Assembly: GCF_009914755.1 (NCBI RefSeq)
Contig: NC_060925.1
Direction: 5' to 3' (one strand)
Source of the DNA: the human T2T-CHM13v2.0 reference genome, Homo sapiens
DNA: 64,000 nucleotides
Position numbers and translations under genes: made by a program
In this document: piece after piece, positions 1 through 15,868 of the stretch
How the letters are laid out: every line of letters begins with the position of its first letter
How positions within the stretch are numbered: position 1 is the first letter of the stretch
Notes under the pieces: generated by a model
Told to the model about the DNA's origin: nothing
Databases searched by the model: none
The model's input: only the letters and a program-made list of their open reading frames with translations

Positions 1-443
1 TCTGTCTCTAAGAAAAATAAAAAAAGAAAAAATATATATATATCTTTCAAAACCGTGATCTAAATCACCGATATAAGTCTGAAAATAGGCAATTCCAAGT
101 ATTCGCCCAGGACCCTTTACTAGAAAATTCCCTCCAGACTAGTAGACACCCTTTGGGTACAGTGTTCCATGGATTATGAAGCCACTTGTAATACCATAAT
201 TCCACTTCACTTTAATATCTTATTCACAAGGAGACAATGGAAAATTTTTGCCAACTTCTCTGCTCTAATTAGGAAACACTGGATCTTTAGCATTTCCTCA
301 GTCTATCAGTCTGGTTGATAAAAAAGAAAGTCTATGGTTTTTTCTTTGGTGTCATTGTTTCCAATGCAGCTTCCCAGTTCACTGATGATCAGTGCTAGCA
401 TCCATCATTTATGAGTCCTTAGATTGCTAACATAGACTTACTT

Positions 444-736
<293 letters not shown>

Positions 737-1822
737 AACTTATTTCTTATAGAAAAAGAAATTTTTACATAAATATTGGATTAATGGCATTCGTGATAAA
801 GCTGTTTCCTAAATACAAAGTCTAATACCACGGGAATTCATACAATTCAAATAAAGCAAATAGGAGAGTAGGTGTAGGAAAAGCTTTGATTTATACAATT
901 TTATGCCGAGGAAGTTTAACTGAGAGAGAAGTTAAAAATATCTTTCTAGCATTGGTTAATAGTTAAATAGTTTTCTTAAGAAAATAACCAAGCTAGATGC
1001 ACCATCATTTTAAAAGGCTGGTGCATCTGTTCATGCACTGAGTATTCTTAATGTAGAGGAAGGTCCCACGTGGGCTTTCTGATTCTTCTGTGCTTGAACA
1101 ATGCCAGGCAAATTGGTCTGGGATTGTATTTCTCATGCTTCCACCTCGCTTTACCAATCAGTAGTGTATTAACCATCTGTACAGGGATAAAATTTACACT
1201 TGCATCTTGCAGTTTTAAAAGAGTACATTGTTTTGATATAAGGCTTTGGCACATGAAAACAACAAAAGTGAATTTTATAACTATAGAAGGACAGAGGTCT
1301 AGAAAAGTAAATAAAAGTATTGCATTTATTTGACAATAATGAAAAGTTTTTTGAAAAGCAGAAATATGTTTTTGATATATAGAGAAATTTAGAAATCTTA
1401 ATCTAGAAATTAAGTAAATAAAATCTTTACTTACTAGAGTTTTTATGTTTGGCCAGAGAATAGGATATGTTGGTAATCAAATACCATGTGTACATTATAA
1501 ATAAGATATTCTAGAAACTGAGTCTTCAAAGCACTGAAATGTGATAATATCATTGAAATAAAATAGAATGTAATGTCACCATTCAAAAATTTTGGATTAC
1601 TACATGAGTCCCAGGGTCTTCATATGGCTCTCCAGATTTGCCCCATGAACACAGAATTGAAATCCTATAATAATGAAATAATATATGAAATCCTATGATA
1701 ATTATATGGTACCGGATTAAAAAGGGAAATGTTCAGATAACAGGCATTTCTTACTAATAGAACAATGGATGGTAGAATTTACTGCATTTGATAGTGTCTA
1801 GCAGCCCATCACCACAGCTTAA

Positions 1823-2317
<495 letters not shown>

Positions 2318-2718
2318 TTATAAATAACTTGTTATTTAAATATTTCTCTTAGGCAATCTGTATAGATTACCTTTATTAAGGCCATTAAATGACATGTAGA
2401 TAAAAAGCAATATTTATTATCGTTGAGCATTTGCAATTTTAATTTACAAACTACCTTTCTATCCATTTATTCTGATGCTCTGCTGTGCTTCTTAGAGAGG
2501 GTTAGGAGGTTGAAGAGCTTTGTATCAGACCTCTCTTGGTTTACCTGATGCACATCTGGATCAGATGCATGCCCCGTTGAGCTACATGCATGCCCCATGC
2601 TCCCAGCAACATCCAACTGCTCAACCCCTCCCCTGTTCCCTGTCAACCACAGGCCCTCTTGGGGGTTAAAACCTTTTGAACAGGGCCATCTGTTCTTCAC
2701 TTCGACAAGTTGAGCAAA

Positions 2719-2732
2719 ATGACTCAGCAATT
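2719..2732 (+). promoter_or_regulatory. Antioxidant response element / CNC-sMAF site (ATGACTCAGCAATT)
   Basis: Exact RTGACTCAGCA core plus AT-rich 3' flank, in apparently non-repeat sequence; function not shown. Confidence 0.5.
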
Positions 2733-2937
2733 CACTCTTCTAGTTTTTTAAGTCAGGACAGGATAAGGGAGAGATGAAAACATCCAATTCAATTCCAAGA
2801 ACTTGCCAAACAATACGTCATTTGCTCAAAGTCACTCAGTTGGGAAGAAAGATTAGAACTCAAGAAATGTTATGCCCTCAGATGCATTGCTTATCCAAAA
2901 ATGTATCTAAAATGATTTAGAAATCTCGTATTTCAAT

Positions 2938-3860
2938 CAGCGTTGGCTTCACAGGTGTGCAACCTGTGCAATCACACAGGGTCCACTCTCAGAAGAGCTT
3001 TGCACTTGGTTGAATGCTCTGCTGTCTCCATTTTGAAATTCTTAGTTATTTTACTTTTGAACTTATATTTTGTAAGTGATGTTCAATGGGACAATGGCAT
3101 GAGCAGAGAAGATACATGAGTGCCTTCCAGTCTTTGTTACTAAATCTGTCTGCATATGGCTCTCCAGATTTGCTCCATGAACACAGAATTCCACTACAGA
3201 CCCACAATGCCTAGAAATGTAGCAGACACAAAGGAAGTACATGATTAGCATGTATGTCCACAAATAAGTAGGCACTGACAGTCCTGAGAGGCCATGTTTT
3301 CCATTCAAACCGGAGCCTGTTTTGACTGCAGAGAGAAAGCAAAGGCATCCTAAAAAAAATTATCAAAGGAATCATGTCATATTCATTCTTGCTTATGTTG
3401 CTTCCCTGTATTAGCCAACCACTTACACAGAAAATGATGCCCTATAAGGAAAGGGAAAGATAACAGCTCTTAGTTTCTTTCCCTTTCAGTTCCTCCTTAC
3501 TCATCAGTAAGCTGAAGATAGTGCTAGGAGGAACACGTGCAATCAAGAAGTGAAATAAAAACAGTTGAGTTAGTTTTGTGCAGTGTTTCTACTATTCTAG
3601 TAAGAACAAAACATATGTGTGTGTATAAGCTACAATATACAAATTGTGTAATTTTGTTGATTCTGCATGAGTTAAATACTCTGATATTTTCATTTAAAAC
3701 CGGCATTGCACAACGGAAAGATGAACATTAAAATTCATGGTAATAGTTTTAAATTTAAATTTTTCTTTATTCAGAAAAACATTAAATAGCAAATAAAAAA
3801 TACCACTGCAAATCCAGGAAGAGCTCAGAAGAAAGGGAAAAGCTTTATATTTTAGCACTT
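2938..3860 (+). mobile_element. MER45B-like hAT-Tip100 DNA transposon
   Basis: Start cagcgttggcttcacaggtgtgcaacctgtgcaatcacacaggg...aatgctctgctgtctccattttgaaattctt resembles the MER45 left end; long internal body. Confidence 0.75.
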
Positions 3861-4347
3861 TTTAAAAACAGCTTTACTGAGATATAATTCATATATCATA
3901 CAATTTACTCACTTAAAATGCACAATTCAATGGTTTTTAGTATATTCACATATAGGTACAGCCATCATCACAGTCAATTTGGGAATATTTTCATCACCTC
4001 AGAAAGAAAGATTGATAAATTAGGCAGGTATGGTGGTGCATGCCTGTAGTCCTAGCTACTTGGGAGGCTGAGATGGGAGCACTGCTTGAGCTGATCTTGA
4101 GCTCCTGGGCTGAAGTGATCCTCTCACCATTGACTCCCAGAATGCTGGGATTACAGATATGAATCACTGTGCCTGGCCAAGCATAAGGTTTTCAAGGTTC
4201 ACCCCTGTTGTAGCATGTAGCAGTGTTTCACTCGTTTTTTATGGCCGAATAATATTCACTTTTACAGATATGCCATGTGTTATTCATCCATTTGTCAGTT
4301 GGTGTACATTTGGGTTGTTTCTACTTTTTGTATATTATGAATAATGC
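3861..4347 (-). mobile_element. Old L1M 3' fragment interrupted by Alu pieces at 4018-4178
   Basis: L1M 3'UTR motifs (gagatataattcatatatcatacaatttactcac; ttcaaggttcacccctgttgtagcatg). Confidence 0.8.
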
Positions 4348-4432
4348 AATTTGCCAGAGGAAATTGACAAGATATTTGATTAAAAAAATTTTTTTACAAA
4401 AGATAAAAAAGATTATTGTTTAGTACAGTACT

Positions 4433-4606
4433 TTTTTTTTTTTTTCTAGAGATGAGGTGTCACTATGTTGCCCAGACTGCAGGGCAGTGACTATTCACAG
4501 GCATGATGACAGCAAACTAGGCCTTGGAACTCCTGCCCTCAAGCAATCCTCCCTCCTCAGCCTCTCTGGTAGCGGAGACTATAAGTGTGTGCTACCATGC
4601 CCAACT
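4433..4606 (-). mobile_element. FAM/FRAM Alu monomer
   Basis: Monomer with 7SL-like ctattcacaggcatgat segment. Confidence 0.75.
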
Positions 4607-4655
4607 CTTCACTGATTAATTTTGAAGAAATTAGAATATTTAAAAAATCTACTTA

Positions 4656-4959
4656 GGCCAGGCATGGTGGCTCATGCCTGTAATCCCAACATTTTAGGAG
4701 GCTGAGGTGGGAGGATTGCTTGAGCCCAGGAGTTCAATACCAGCCTGGGCAACATAGTGAAACACTGTCTCTACAAAAAAAGTCAAAAAATTAGCTGGGC
4801 ATGGTGGTGCTTGCCTGTGGTCCCAGCTACTCAGGAGGCTGAAACAAGAGGATCGCTTGAGCCTGGGGAATCGAGGCTGCACTCCAGCCTGGTGTTCGAG
4901 CCACTGTACTCCAGCCTGGGTGACAGAGTAAGACACTATCTCCGAAAACAAACAAAAAA
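4656..4959 (+). mobile_element. AluJ
   Basis: Dimeric Alu; TSD aaaaatctactta on both sides. Confidence 0.9.
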
Positions 4960-6002
4960 TCTACTTAGCATGAAAACACTTCAATACATAGAGTACAGAT
5001 ACGCCTGGAGAGGGAGTTCTCCATGGAAAAATATGCTCCAACCTCCAGGATCTGGGACCAGCACAGGCCAATTACAACAAAATACTGACTCCTGAGGTCT
5101 GATAAACATGAGTACCTTTTCCCTGAAATAAGCAGAAAACAATAGACATCCTGGTAAGGACCAGGGAAAACCAGCCTCTGAAGCTGCCAGGTGCCTCTGT
5201 CTATTGAAGACAGAGGAGAAAGGATTTAATATTTGGTGAGAGCCATTATATTGATTTTATTTGATTTTGTCTCTCTATTGTGACTAGTGGTGGCCATTGA
5301 AATAAATCACAGCTGGCTGGTGAATGGTCCAAATGAAAAGAAAACTAGGATATCAGTCTGAATGAAAAAGTACCTCTACGACTTAAGAGTGAGGGCAAGC
5401 CTGGAGGATCCTTTAATACTTCAGAATTGGACAGAATGAGTGGGAACTGAGGAAGGATGGTCCCCAGGACACCCATGAGTATAATTCCTGGTTCCCTGCC
5501 ATTATAGAAGTGGGAAAGAAAAAAGATGTTATGAGAAAGAAACATATAACAAACAACCCATGTAGTTTTTTTTTTTAACTCTTTTGTGGGTAATGTAGAC
5601 TAACTGTAATGAAAAAGCATAGGCAAAAATAAATGCTATAAAAAGAAATGTTGTTCGTCTAATTACTGATTTATCACCTAATTTTATCGTGAAGCTGCTC
5701 TATGATAGCACATATAGGAAGAAGACATGGTCCTTTGTTTTCAAGGAGCTCAGACTAAAAGAAAGCAGGCAAGTCAACATATATAAATCACACTGTGAAT
5801 AGTGAAACATGGAAATATGAACAAAGTGAATCCCAGAGGAAGGAACTTCTAATTTGGGCACTAATGGGACTAAAGTCTAGAATATTTGAACTGATTTTTG
5901 ATGGATTAGGATGAGGTCACCATGTGAACAAAGAAAGGAAGTTTATTCTAGCAGAGGGAGTAACATAGCAGAAGACCCAGGACTATTAAAGAGCATAGTT
6001 TG

Positions 6003-6290
6003 GGTCAGGTGCAGCAGCACATGCCTGTAATCCAGCACTTAGGGAGGCTGAGGCAGGTGGATCACTTGAGTCCAGGAGTTTGGGACCAGCCTGGCCAACA
6101 TGGCAAAACCCCGTCTCTATAAAAAATATAAAAGTAGCAGGGTGCTGTGCCTTGCGCTTGTGGTTCCAGCTATTCTTGAGCTGGGGAGGTCAAGGCTGCA
6201 ATGAGCCAAGATCACTCCACTGCACTCCAGCCTGGGTGACAGAGTGGACTCTGTCTAAAAATTAAAAAAACAAGAAACAAACAAACAAAA
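6003..6290 (+). mobile_element. AluJ (diverged)
   Basis: Alu body with A-rich tail. Confidence 0.85.
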
Positions 6291-6403
6291 AGAAAGAGCA
6301 CGTTTTGTTTAGGGAATGTGACTGGACTAGTGGGCTGGAGAGTGAAGTGCAGAGCAGGGGAGTGCAGGAGACAGCAGCCCAGGAGAGGAGGGCTCCAACC
6401 TCA

Positions 6404-7166
<763 letters not shown>

Positions 7167-7386
7167 TCAGAGACCAACAGGAGAAAAGGCAAGAAATGAT
7201 GCGTTAGGGCACTGGCAATGGCAAGGGAAAAGAAGAAAGCTCTGAGACACATTTCAAGGTATAATAAAAAAGATTTAGGGATCAGCTGAATGTAAATCAA
7301 ATGCAAACTGAAAGCTATATGGTTGGACCTACCTAAAAGTCCTCAACTGTAAGACAAGTTTACAACAGGTTGAGAAGGCAAGGCAA

Positions 7387-7388
<2 letters not shown>

Positions 7389-7431
<43 letters not shown>

Positions 7432-7434
7432 CAC
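7389..7434. repeat. (CA)n microsatellite
   Basis: ~22 CA units with one CG interruption. Confidence 0.97.
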
Positions 7435-7497
7435 AGAGCCCAGCAAACAAACAATAGCCTAGGCAGTAAATGACAAGTCATTTTGTACATGATAGAC

Positions 7498-7772
7498 TTT
7501 TTTTTTTTTTAACAGTCTCACTCTGTCACCCATGCTGGAGTGCAGTGGTGTGATCTTGGCTCTCTGCAACCTCAGCCGCCTGGGGTTCAGGCGATTCTTG
7601 TGCCTCAGACTACAGGTGCCTGCCACTATACCTAACTAATTTTTGTATGTTTAGTAGAGACGGGGTTTCACCATGTTGGCCAGGCTGGTATCGAATTCCT
7701 GACCTCAGGTGATCTGCTCACCTTGGCCTCCCAAAGTGCTGGGATTACAGTCGTAAGCCACTGCACCCAGCC
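7498..7772 (-). mobile_element. AluS
   Basis: Antisense Alu with an internal deletion. Confidence 0.9.
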
Positions 7773-7859
7773 TCATGATAGACACTTAATGCTTGATGAA
7801 TGAATAAATGGGTAATACAGTTGACAAATGCTATAAGAGTCCAGAGTAACACAATGGTA

Positions 7860-8010
7860 CACCATGAAGTGCAGTGTGTATGAGAACAGGCTTTAGAATC
7901 AGGCCTTTTTTCAAATCCGGCACAACTACTTAGCAGCAGGAGGAACTTGAGGTTACTCAACCTCACTAAGCTTCATTTTCCTCATTTGTAAAGTGGGCAT
8001 AATAATCACC
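7860..8010 (+). mobile_element. MIR
   Basis: MIR core (ttactcaacctcactaagcttcattttcctcatttgtaaagtggg). Confidence 0.75.
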
Positions 8011-9067
8011 TCTTCAAAATGTAGATGTGAAGTATAATAATATAATGTTATATAAAATAAAATAAAATATAATAAAAAATATTTAAAAAGATGTGAAAAT
8101 AATAAAAGTATTTTATGAATAGGGCCTAGCACGTATTGATCAACAAATGATATGTATTACATTTATGATGGCTTGGTGATGGTCCAGGAAGACTTCTCTA
8201 AGAAGGTGGAATCTTATAGAACCTAAACAGGATTCTGTAGGAAGGGTACTATTCTTGTTGGCAATGAAAACACAAGACATTCATTATAGTCGTGAGGATT
8301 GTTATGAGCAAAATTGAAAGTAAAACAAGGCAGATTCATAAACTGATTTCTCTGTGCTTCTTTTCTGTACTTCCATAACATTCTGTACTTATAGGGTTTT
8401 TAAGGTCTAATTCCTTCACTCCTCCTTGAAAGCAAGAAATGTGTCATTCATGGCTGGGACTGTATTCAGTACCTGACATTATCCCTCATACACAGTATGC
8501 ATTTAAACATGATGCTGAATGAATAGAGGAATAAACAGATCTCCATGGAGCTCAGGTTCGGCTGCAGGATTAATCAGAGATGGACACTTAGTGTGACATT
8601 GTCACTGATACATGTTATCAGCAGGATGTATTTTTTTTCTCCTATGAAGTAGTTCTTATTTGAGTCACAACTGGAGGATGGTTTTAGATCCTTGGCAACA
8701 TAGGGCAGCAGCTTGATTCCTTTCTGGCCTAGAACCTTAAATAATAAAGTATTTTCAAAAGGAAATTAAAATGCATTGGAAAGATATAACTTTATAACTT
8801 CTATAACTCATTATTAATAGATTCCAGAACAGATCTCTGAACAATTCTTCACAGTAGCACAAGAACCTGTTATAAGCAAATGCAATCAACCCTCCAACAC
8901 TTTCTGGAAATAACTTTAGTTTGTATGAGAATTATTGTTTTAAAATTACTTTTTGCTCTCTATAGCTTCACTATTTATCTTGAACATTCTGGATGAAAAT
9001 TGTAGCCTTACTTTTCACACAGCTAAAAATTTAAGTTATCTAGAATATACTTTAAAAAGCATTATGG

Positions 9068-9428
<361 letters not shown>

Positions 9429-9586
9429 TCATGAAAATGTAGCTTTCTTTCTTCTCTTGTTTCCATTCTTTTTATTATCCAATCAGTATTCCATATTAGC
9501 ACATTGAAAGCTCCACATTGTTTTTACAGTTGCATAGTATTCCACTTGTGAATATACCATTATTATTTAACCAGTTATCTGTATAT

Positions 9587-9802
9587 AAGTGGTTCTCAAT
9601 TAGAGAGTCTGGGAGGTTTTGTCCCTGACTGGGGTCATTTGGCATTGTCTACAATCATTTTGGTCTGGGAGTAAAGTGCTGCTCACATCTAGTAGGTAGA
9701 GGCCAGAGATGCTACTAAATATGCTACAATGCACAGAACAGTCCCATAACAAAGAATTATCTGGTCTAAAATGTCAATTAGTGCTGAGATTGGAAAATTC
9801 TG
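9587..9802 (+). mobile_element. MER20 (hAT-Charlie) within old L1M fragments
   Basis: agtggttctcaa...tagaggccagagatgctactaaat...aaagaattatctggtctaaaatgtcaat matches the MER20 pattern. Confidence 0.85.
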
Positions 9803-10164
9803 CTATGGATGGACATTTGGGCTATTTCCAATCTTCATGGCTATACAAGCAATGCCTCAATAAATGACCTTGTAAATTTGTCATTTTGTATAAATGCAAA
9901 CATATTTTTAGAATGAATTGCCAGAAGTGATAGTGCTGGGTTGAAGAATACGTGCAATTGAAATGCCTTCTAAATCACCCCCAAAGGGATGTGGATTCTG
10001 CACTTCCAACAGTAGTTTATTTATTTCTACAATCTCTTGAACAAAGTGTATTGCTACGCTTTTGTTTTTTCGTAATCTGAGAAGTGCAGGATGTTATTTC
10101 AGTTACCCTTAATTTGCAACTGCCTTATGATAATGTCTTTTCATATGGTGAAGGGCCATTTGAA

Positions 10165-10472
10165 TTTCTTTCTTTCTTTCTTTTCTTCTTTTTTTTGAGA
10201 TGGAGTTTCACTCTTGTTGCCCAGGCTGGAGTGCAATGGCACGATCTCAGCTCACCGCAACCTCACCTCCTGGGTTCAAGTGATTCTCATTCCTCAACCT
10301 CCCAAGTAACTGGGATTACAGGTGCCCACCACCACACCGGCTAATTTTGTATTTTAAGAGATGGGGTTTCTCCACGTTGGCAAGGCTGGTCTCAAACTCC
10401 TGACCTTAGGTGATCCATCCGCCTCGGCCTCCCAAAGTGCTGGGATTACAGTCGTGAGCCACTGCGCCCAGC
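10165..10472 (-). mobile_element. AluS
   Basis: Antisense Alu. Confidence 0.9.
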
Positions 10473-10915
10473 GTGAATTTCGTTTTCTATTGCCTTAGGG
10501 TGAGACGAAGACAGTTGTCTGAACACCGGGTGGGGTTTTCAGAGAGTCTGTGACTATAGCCAGGGTTTAAACAGAGTAAAGGAATCTGCGCTTTTATCAA
10601 GGCACCTGAAGATACAAAACTCAAGAAATCTAGTCCAAGCCAATGTATTAGAAAGAGAAGAATCAAATGGCAGGGAGACGGGACAAGCTCCAGGTTCAAA
10701 AGGCCAGAAGAGGGTTGGAGCCAGAGTAAAGGAGCCTAGAGTCCAGAATCTGCCAGCGGAGTCAGGTTGGAATAAAAATATATTGGAGCAAAAGCTAATT
10801 GTGTGAAATGACTAACATAGCAGCAGCTGGCTTAGAAGGAATAATGGCTAGGTAGACACACTGGCTGAACAGCTTCCTTTCTCCTCACAGAATTTTGTTA
10901 TTTCTTCTATTATAG

Positions 10916-11274
<359 letters not shown>

Positions 11275-11597
11275 CTTATTCTTTATCTTCTTATCCCTTA
11301 TCTGACACTAATCTTGAAGTTCTGCCTTAGCCCTCCTCTAAGAATCTCTATTTGCACTATAAGTAATTGGTTTTTTTTTCTCTACGTAACATTCTCCATC
11401 ACCATCTCCAAATATACTAATTAACTGTGACAGTTAAGGTGTTTATATTCTTCTAATTGAAATTAGTAAATATACTTGGCTGATGATCAGTGCAGGATAT
11501 GCAGTTTTATTTGTGTGTCTTAATGACCAAAGACTTAGGGTATGAGGAAAGTCCTACTCTTGTAAAAACAAAACAAAACAAAAACAACCCATGTTAC

Positions 11598-12280
11598 TGT
11601 TACCAGTAGAGGCTCTTGACTGCAAGCTGCCCAGGTTCTTCGCATTTTGAAGAATTGGGCAAAACGCACAGCAAAGCAAGGAAAGAATGAAGCCATGAAA
11701 GCAGAGATTTATTGAAAGTGAAAATACACTCCACAGTGTGGAAGCCCTCCCAACAGCGGCTCAAAGGCTCTGGATACAGAACCTTCTTGGGTCCAAATAC
11801 CCGCTAGAGGTTTCCCATTGGCCACTTGGTGTTCACCACATGTAAATGAAGTGGTGGTCCACAGTTAGTCTGATTGCTTGCAGACAGCAAGCAATCAGAG
11901 GCTGAAGTCAAGTTACAAAGGTCACACTCCTATGCAAACATATGGTTGGTTGTGGAAAGCAAACAATCAGAGGCTAAAGTGAAGTTATAAAGTTGCACTT
12001 CTATGCAAATGTAGCCTTGGCTCATAATCATAATCACTGAAGTGAAGTTACAATGTTATATTCCTATGGAAAGGTCTGATTGGTTGCAAAAAGTAACCAC
12101 TCAGAGGTAGTTTCAGTTTCCCATCTGCTGTGTAGAAAAGGTTGGGGTTTGCAAAGGGAGTAGCTTCTGGTCCTTTTGTTACGTAGGTGCAGAAAGTTGG
12201 GGTTTTTCTTTCGATTTAGTTCTAGGAAGTCAGGGTGAATCAGCCTTAGGTTCCTTGCCTCCAGACCCTATTCTGCCTCA
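11598..12280 (-). mobile_element. Solo ERV1 LTR, MER51-type
   Basis: TG...CA ends; 4-bp TSD TTAC (11594-11597 / 12281-12284); minus strand starts TGAGGCAGAATAGGGTCTGGAGGCAAGGAACCTAAGG as in MER51A; internal ~65-70 bp repeats. Confidence 0.85.
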
Positions 12281-12470
12281 TTACGATATTCCTTTCACGT
12301 TCTTTGGGACTATTCGGTGTTTCACATGAGATTGGCTCTCATGCCTGGTGAAATACTCAAATTCAGTTATACAGATAACCTTGTCTTGAAAAGTTCTAGA
12401 AAGCACTACTGAAACTTTAGTCTCCAGCTTTATTTCTTCTGGACTACTTGATACAAACTGTCTCTCTCTC

Positions 12471-12765
12471 TTTTTTTTTTCTGAGACAGGTTCTTGCTTT
12501 GTCATCCAGGCTGGAGTGCAGTGGCTCAAACATGGCTCACTGCAGCCTCTGCCTCCAGGGTTCAAGCGATCCTCTCACCTCAGCCCCACAGGTAGCTGGG
12601 ACTACAGGTGCGTGCCAGCATGCCTAGCTATTTTTTTGTATTTTTTTAAAGATGGGGTCTTGCTATGTTGCCCAGGCCGATCTTGAACTCCTGAGCTCAA
12701 GCAATCTTCCCATCTCGGCCTCCCGAAGTGCTGGGATTACAAGTATGAGCCACCACACAGAACCA
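12471..12765 (-). mobile_element. AluJ
   Basis: Antisense Alu. Confidence 0.88.
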
Positions 12766-13149
12766 GTATGATCTCTTTTCATGGTACTTAAAAAATTATA
12801 TTACTAGCCTTTGTTCAACAAGCTTGTATAAGTGTAATGACCTATTTTATAAATTATTTTTATTGTATTTTAAATTAGATGTTTATTGATGACTTAGCAA
12901 GAAATACATTACTCTCAACACTAAAAGCCTATTAACATTAAATTATAAAATTTAGTATTTCCAGAATATTTCTTGCAGACACCAATCCCATCAATGTTTC
13001 AACTCAATTTAATAGGCATCTTGTGAAAAACTGGTATAGAAAATCAGAGTTTTGCTCAATGCCTAATTATCATAAATTGAAGCATTTATTGTCTTCTATG
13101 TTCTTAGTACCATATTTAGTTATAGGACAATTCATAGTCCTATATGGTG

Positions 13150-13308
13150 CTATGGTATAGCAATAGGCTATACCATATAGCCTAAGTGTGTAGTAGGCTC
13201 TACCATGTAGGTTTGTGTAAGTGCACTCTATGATGTTCACACAAGGACAAAATCACCAAACAATGCTTTTTTCAGACTGTACCCTGTCGTTAAGCAACAT
13301 ATGACTGT
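13150..13308. mobile_element. Tigger3-family end fragment
   Basis: ggtttgtgtaagtgcactctatgatgttcacac...gtcgttaagcaacatatgactg resembles a Tigger3 terminus. Confidence 0.75.
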
Positions 13309-14472
13309 GTTTTATATGGGAATATGGACACCAAAATGTTATTCTCTATGTGTATTATGAGTAATTTTTATTTTTTGTTTTATACTTTTTATATTTTTTC
13401 AGAAATAACATCAATACTTTGTAATCAGAAAAATATATTTTAGGGATAAGTATTGGCTTGTACAATTTTTTTTTTTGCTTTTGTGAAAATACAGAGGAAA
13501 AACTAATGTTATATTATAACGAAAATGGTATATGTTAACAAAGGAATCCTTTTACAGAAACTCCTTAGAAATAAAAGGAAAATCAAGGCCAAAGCAAAAG
13601 TCATGTCATGACTTTAAAGAACTTTGCCCCCTAGGATACAAAATCTATTAATTTTAACGGTGGGGCTACTGTTTGTAAGAGTACCAAACATTCTGAATAG
13701 ATAGAAGCCTCCAGCTGTGAACTGATGGACTTTTGTGGTCTCAAAGCAGTTGAGGGTTTCTACCCTTAAAATACCATTTCTCATGTTACAGCAATTGAGA
13801 GTGTGCAAAATGTATAGAACAGATTGTGTTTCACTCTATTTGCGTGGCTTGTTGAAGTTAGATTAATACTGTGGGAATCCTTACTCCATTCATAACTCTG
13901 AATATGTACTTATGGTATTTATATATCTAGAATTTAAGTAATCACTCTTGCCCACCATCTGTACACGGATAATTTTTACCCTGGGAGCTATTGGTTCCAA
14001 TGTATTGTTTTGACATTATACGCTATAGTTGATTCAAACAGAAGTGAATACCACAACAGTTGGCACTCTAAAATAAAATCCAGACCAATAACTTTCACAA
14101 TTTTGTGGAATCTAATATGCCTATTACCCACACTGAGTCCACTACAGAATTAAAGTGAAAACTTGGAAAAGTAAGAATGAGATCTATATAAAAATTATCA
14201 TCCCTCACTTGACAAAAAATTCTCATTGAAATCAATTGAGACTACAGGGTTCAATCTAGGAAAGTTGTATAGACCTAGAGTTCCCCAAATTTCTCAACTA
14301 TGTCTGTTGACTGATATTTATGGCTTCCCTTTTCATTTATATTCTTTTTCTTTTCAAACACAGTGTAGTATAACTTGTTTAATTTTTTTAAAGTCTGAAG
14401 ACTCAAAAACAAAACTAAACAATTTGAAAGCAAAACCTTACTGGCAGTGCAGATGCAACTTACAAAATATGA

Positions 14473-14881
<409 letters not shown>

Positions 14882-15066
14882 CCTTTTAGAAATTTTAATA
14901 GTAGCCAAGGCATGATCGGTACCAAACTATCTAATTCCAGCTACAAAGGTTGTTTGAAAACTCATTTTTAGAAGTTTGATAGCCTGTCCATAATCATACC
15001 ACTTCCCACAAGCTTGAAAAAAAGAAAAAAAGCAGGGGATAGCACATGGATTATACAAAAGGATAA

Positions 15067-15396
<330 letters not shown>

Positions 15397-15596
15397 TAAA
15401 CATAACTAATGTTGCTTATTTACAAGTTTTTATGTACTTCTAAATTTCAATATATTTAAAGTTTTCTGTTGACTAATTTAATCAAAACCTGTCTAAAGTT
15501 GAAGAGAGAAGATCCTGAGAAGTTACGTATTGATTAATTCCTAAACTTAGTTGTAATGTATATTGACCTAACTCTAACTTTATCTGAAACTAATAG

Positions 15597-15868
<272 letters not shown>

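Noticed and set aside
50-440. Possible ancient hAT transposase remnant
   Set aside because: Resemblance too weak to support without an HMM search.
971-1028. Palindrome TTTTCTTAAGAAAA and 10-bp stem AGATGCACCA/TGGTGCATCT
   Set aside because: Short enough to arise by chance; no supporting context.
2560-2605. p53-like CATGCCC half-sites
   Set aside because: Mismatches to RRRCWWGYYY and non-canonical spacing.
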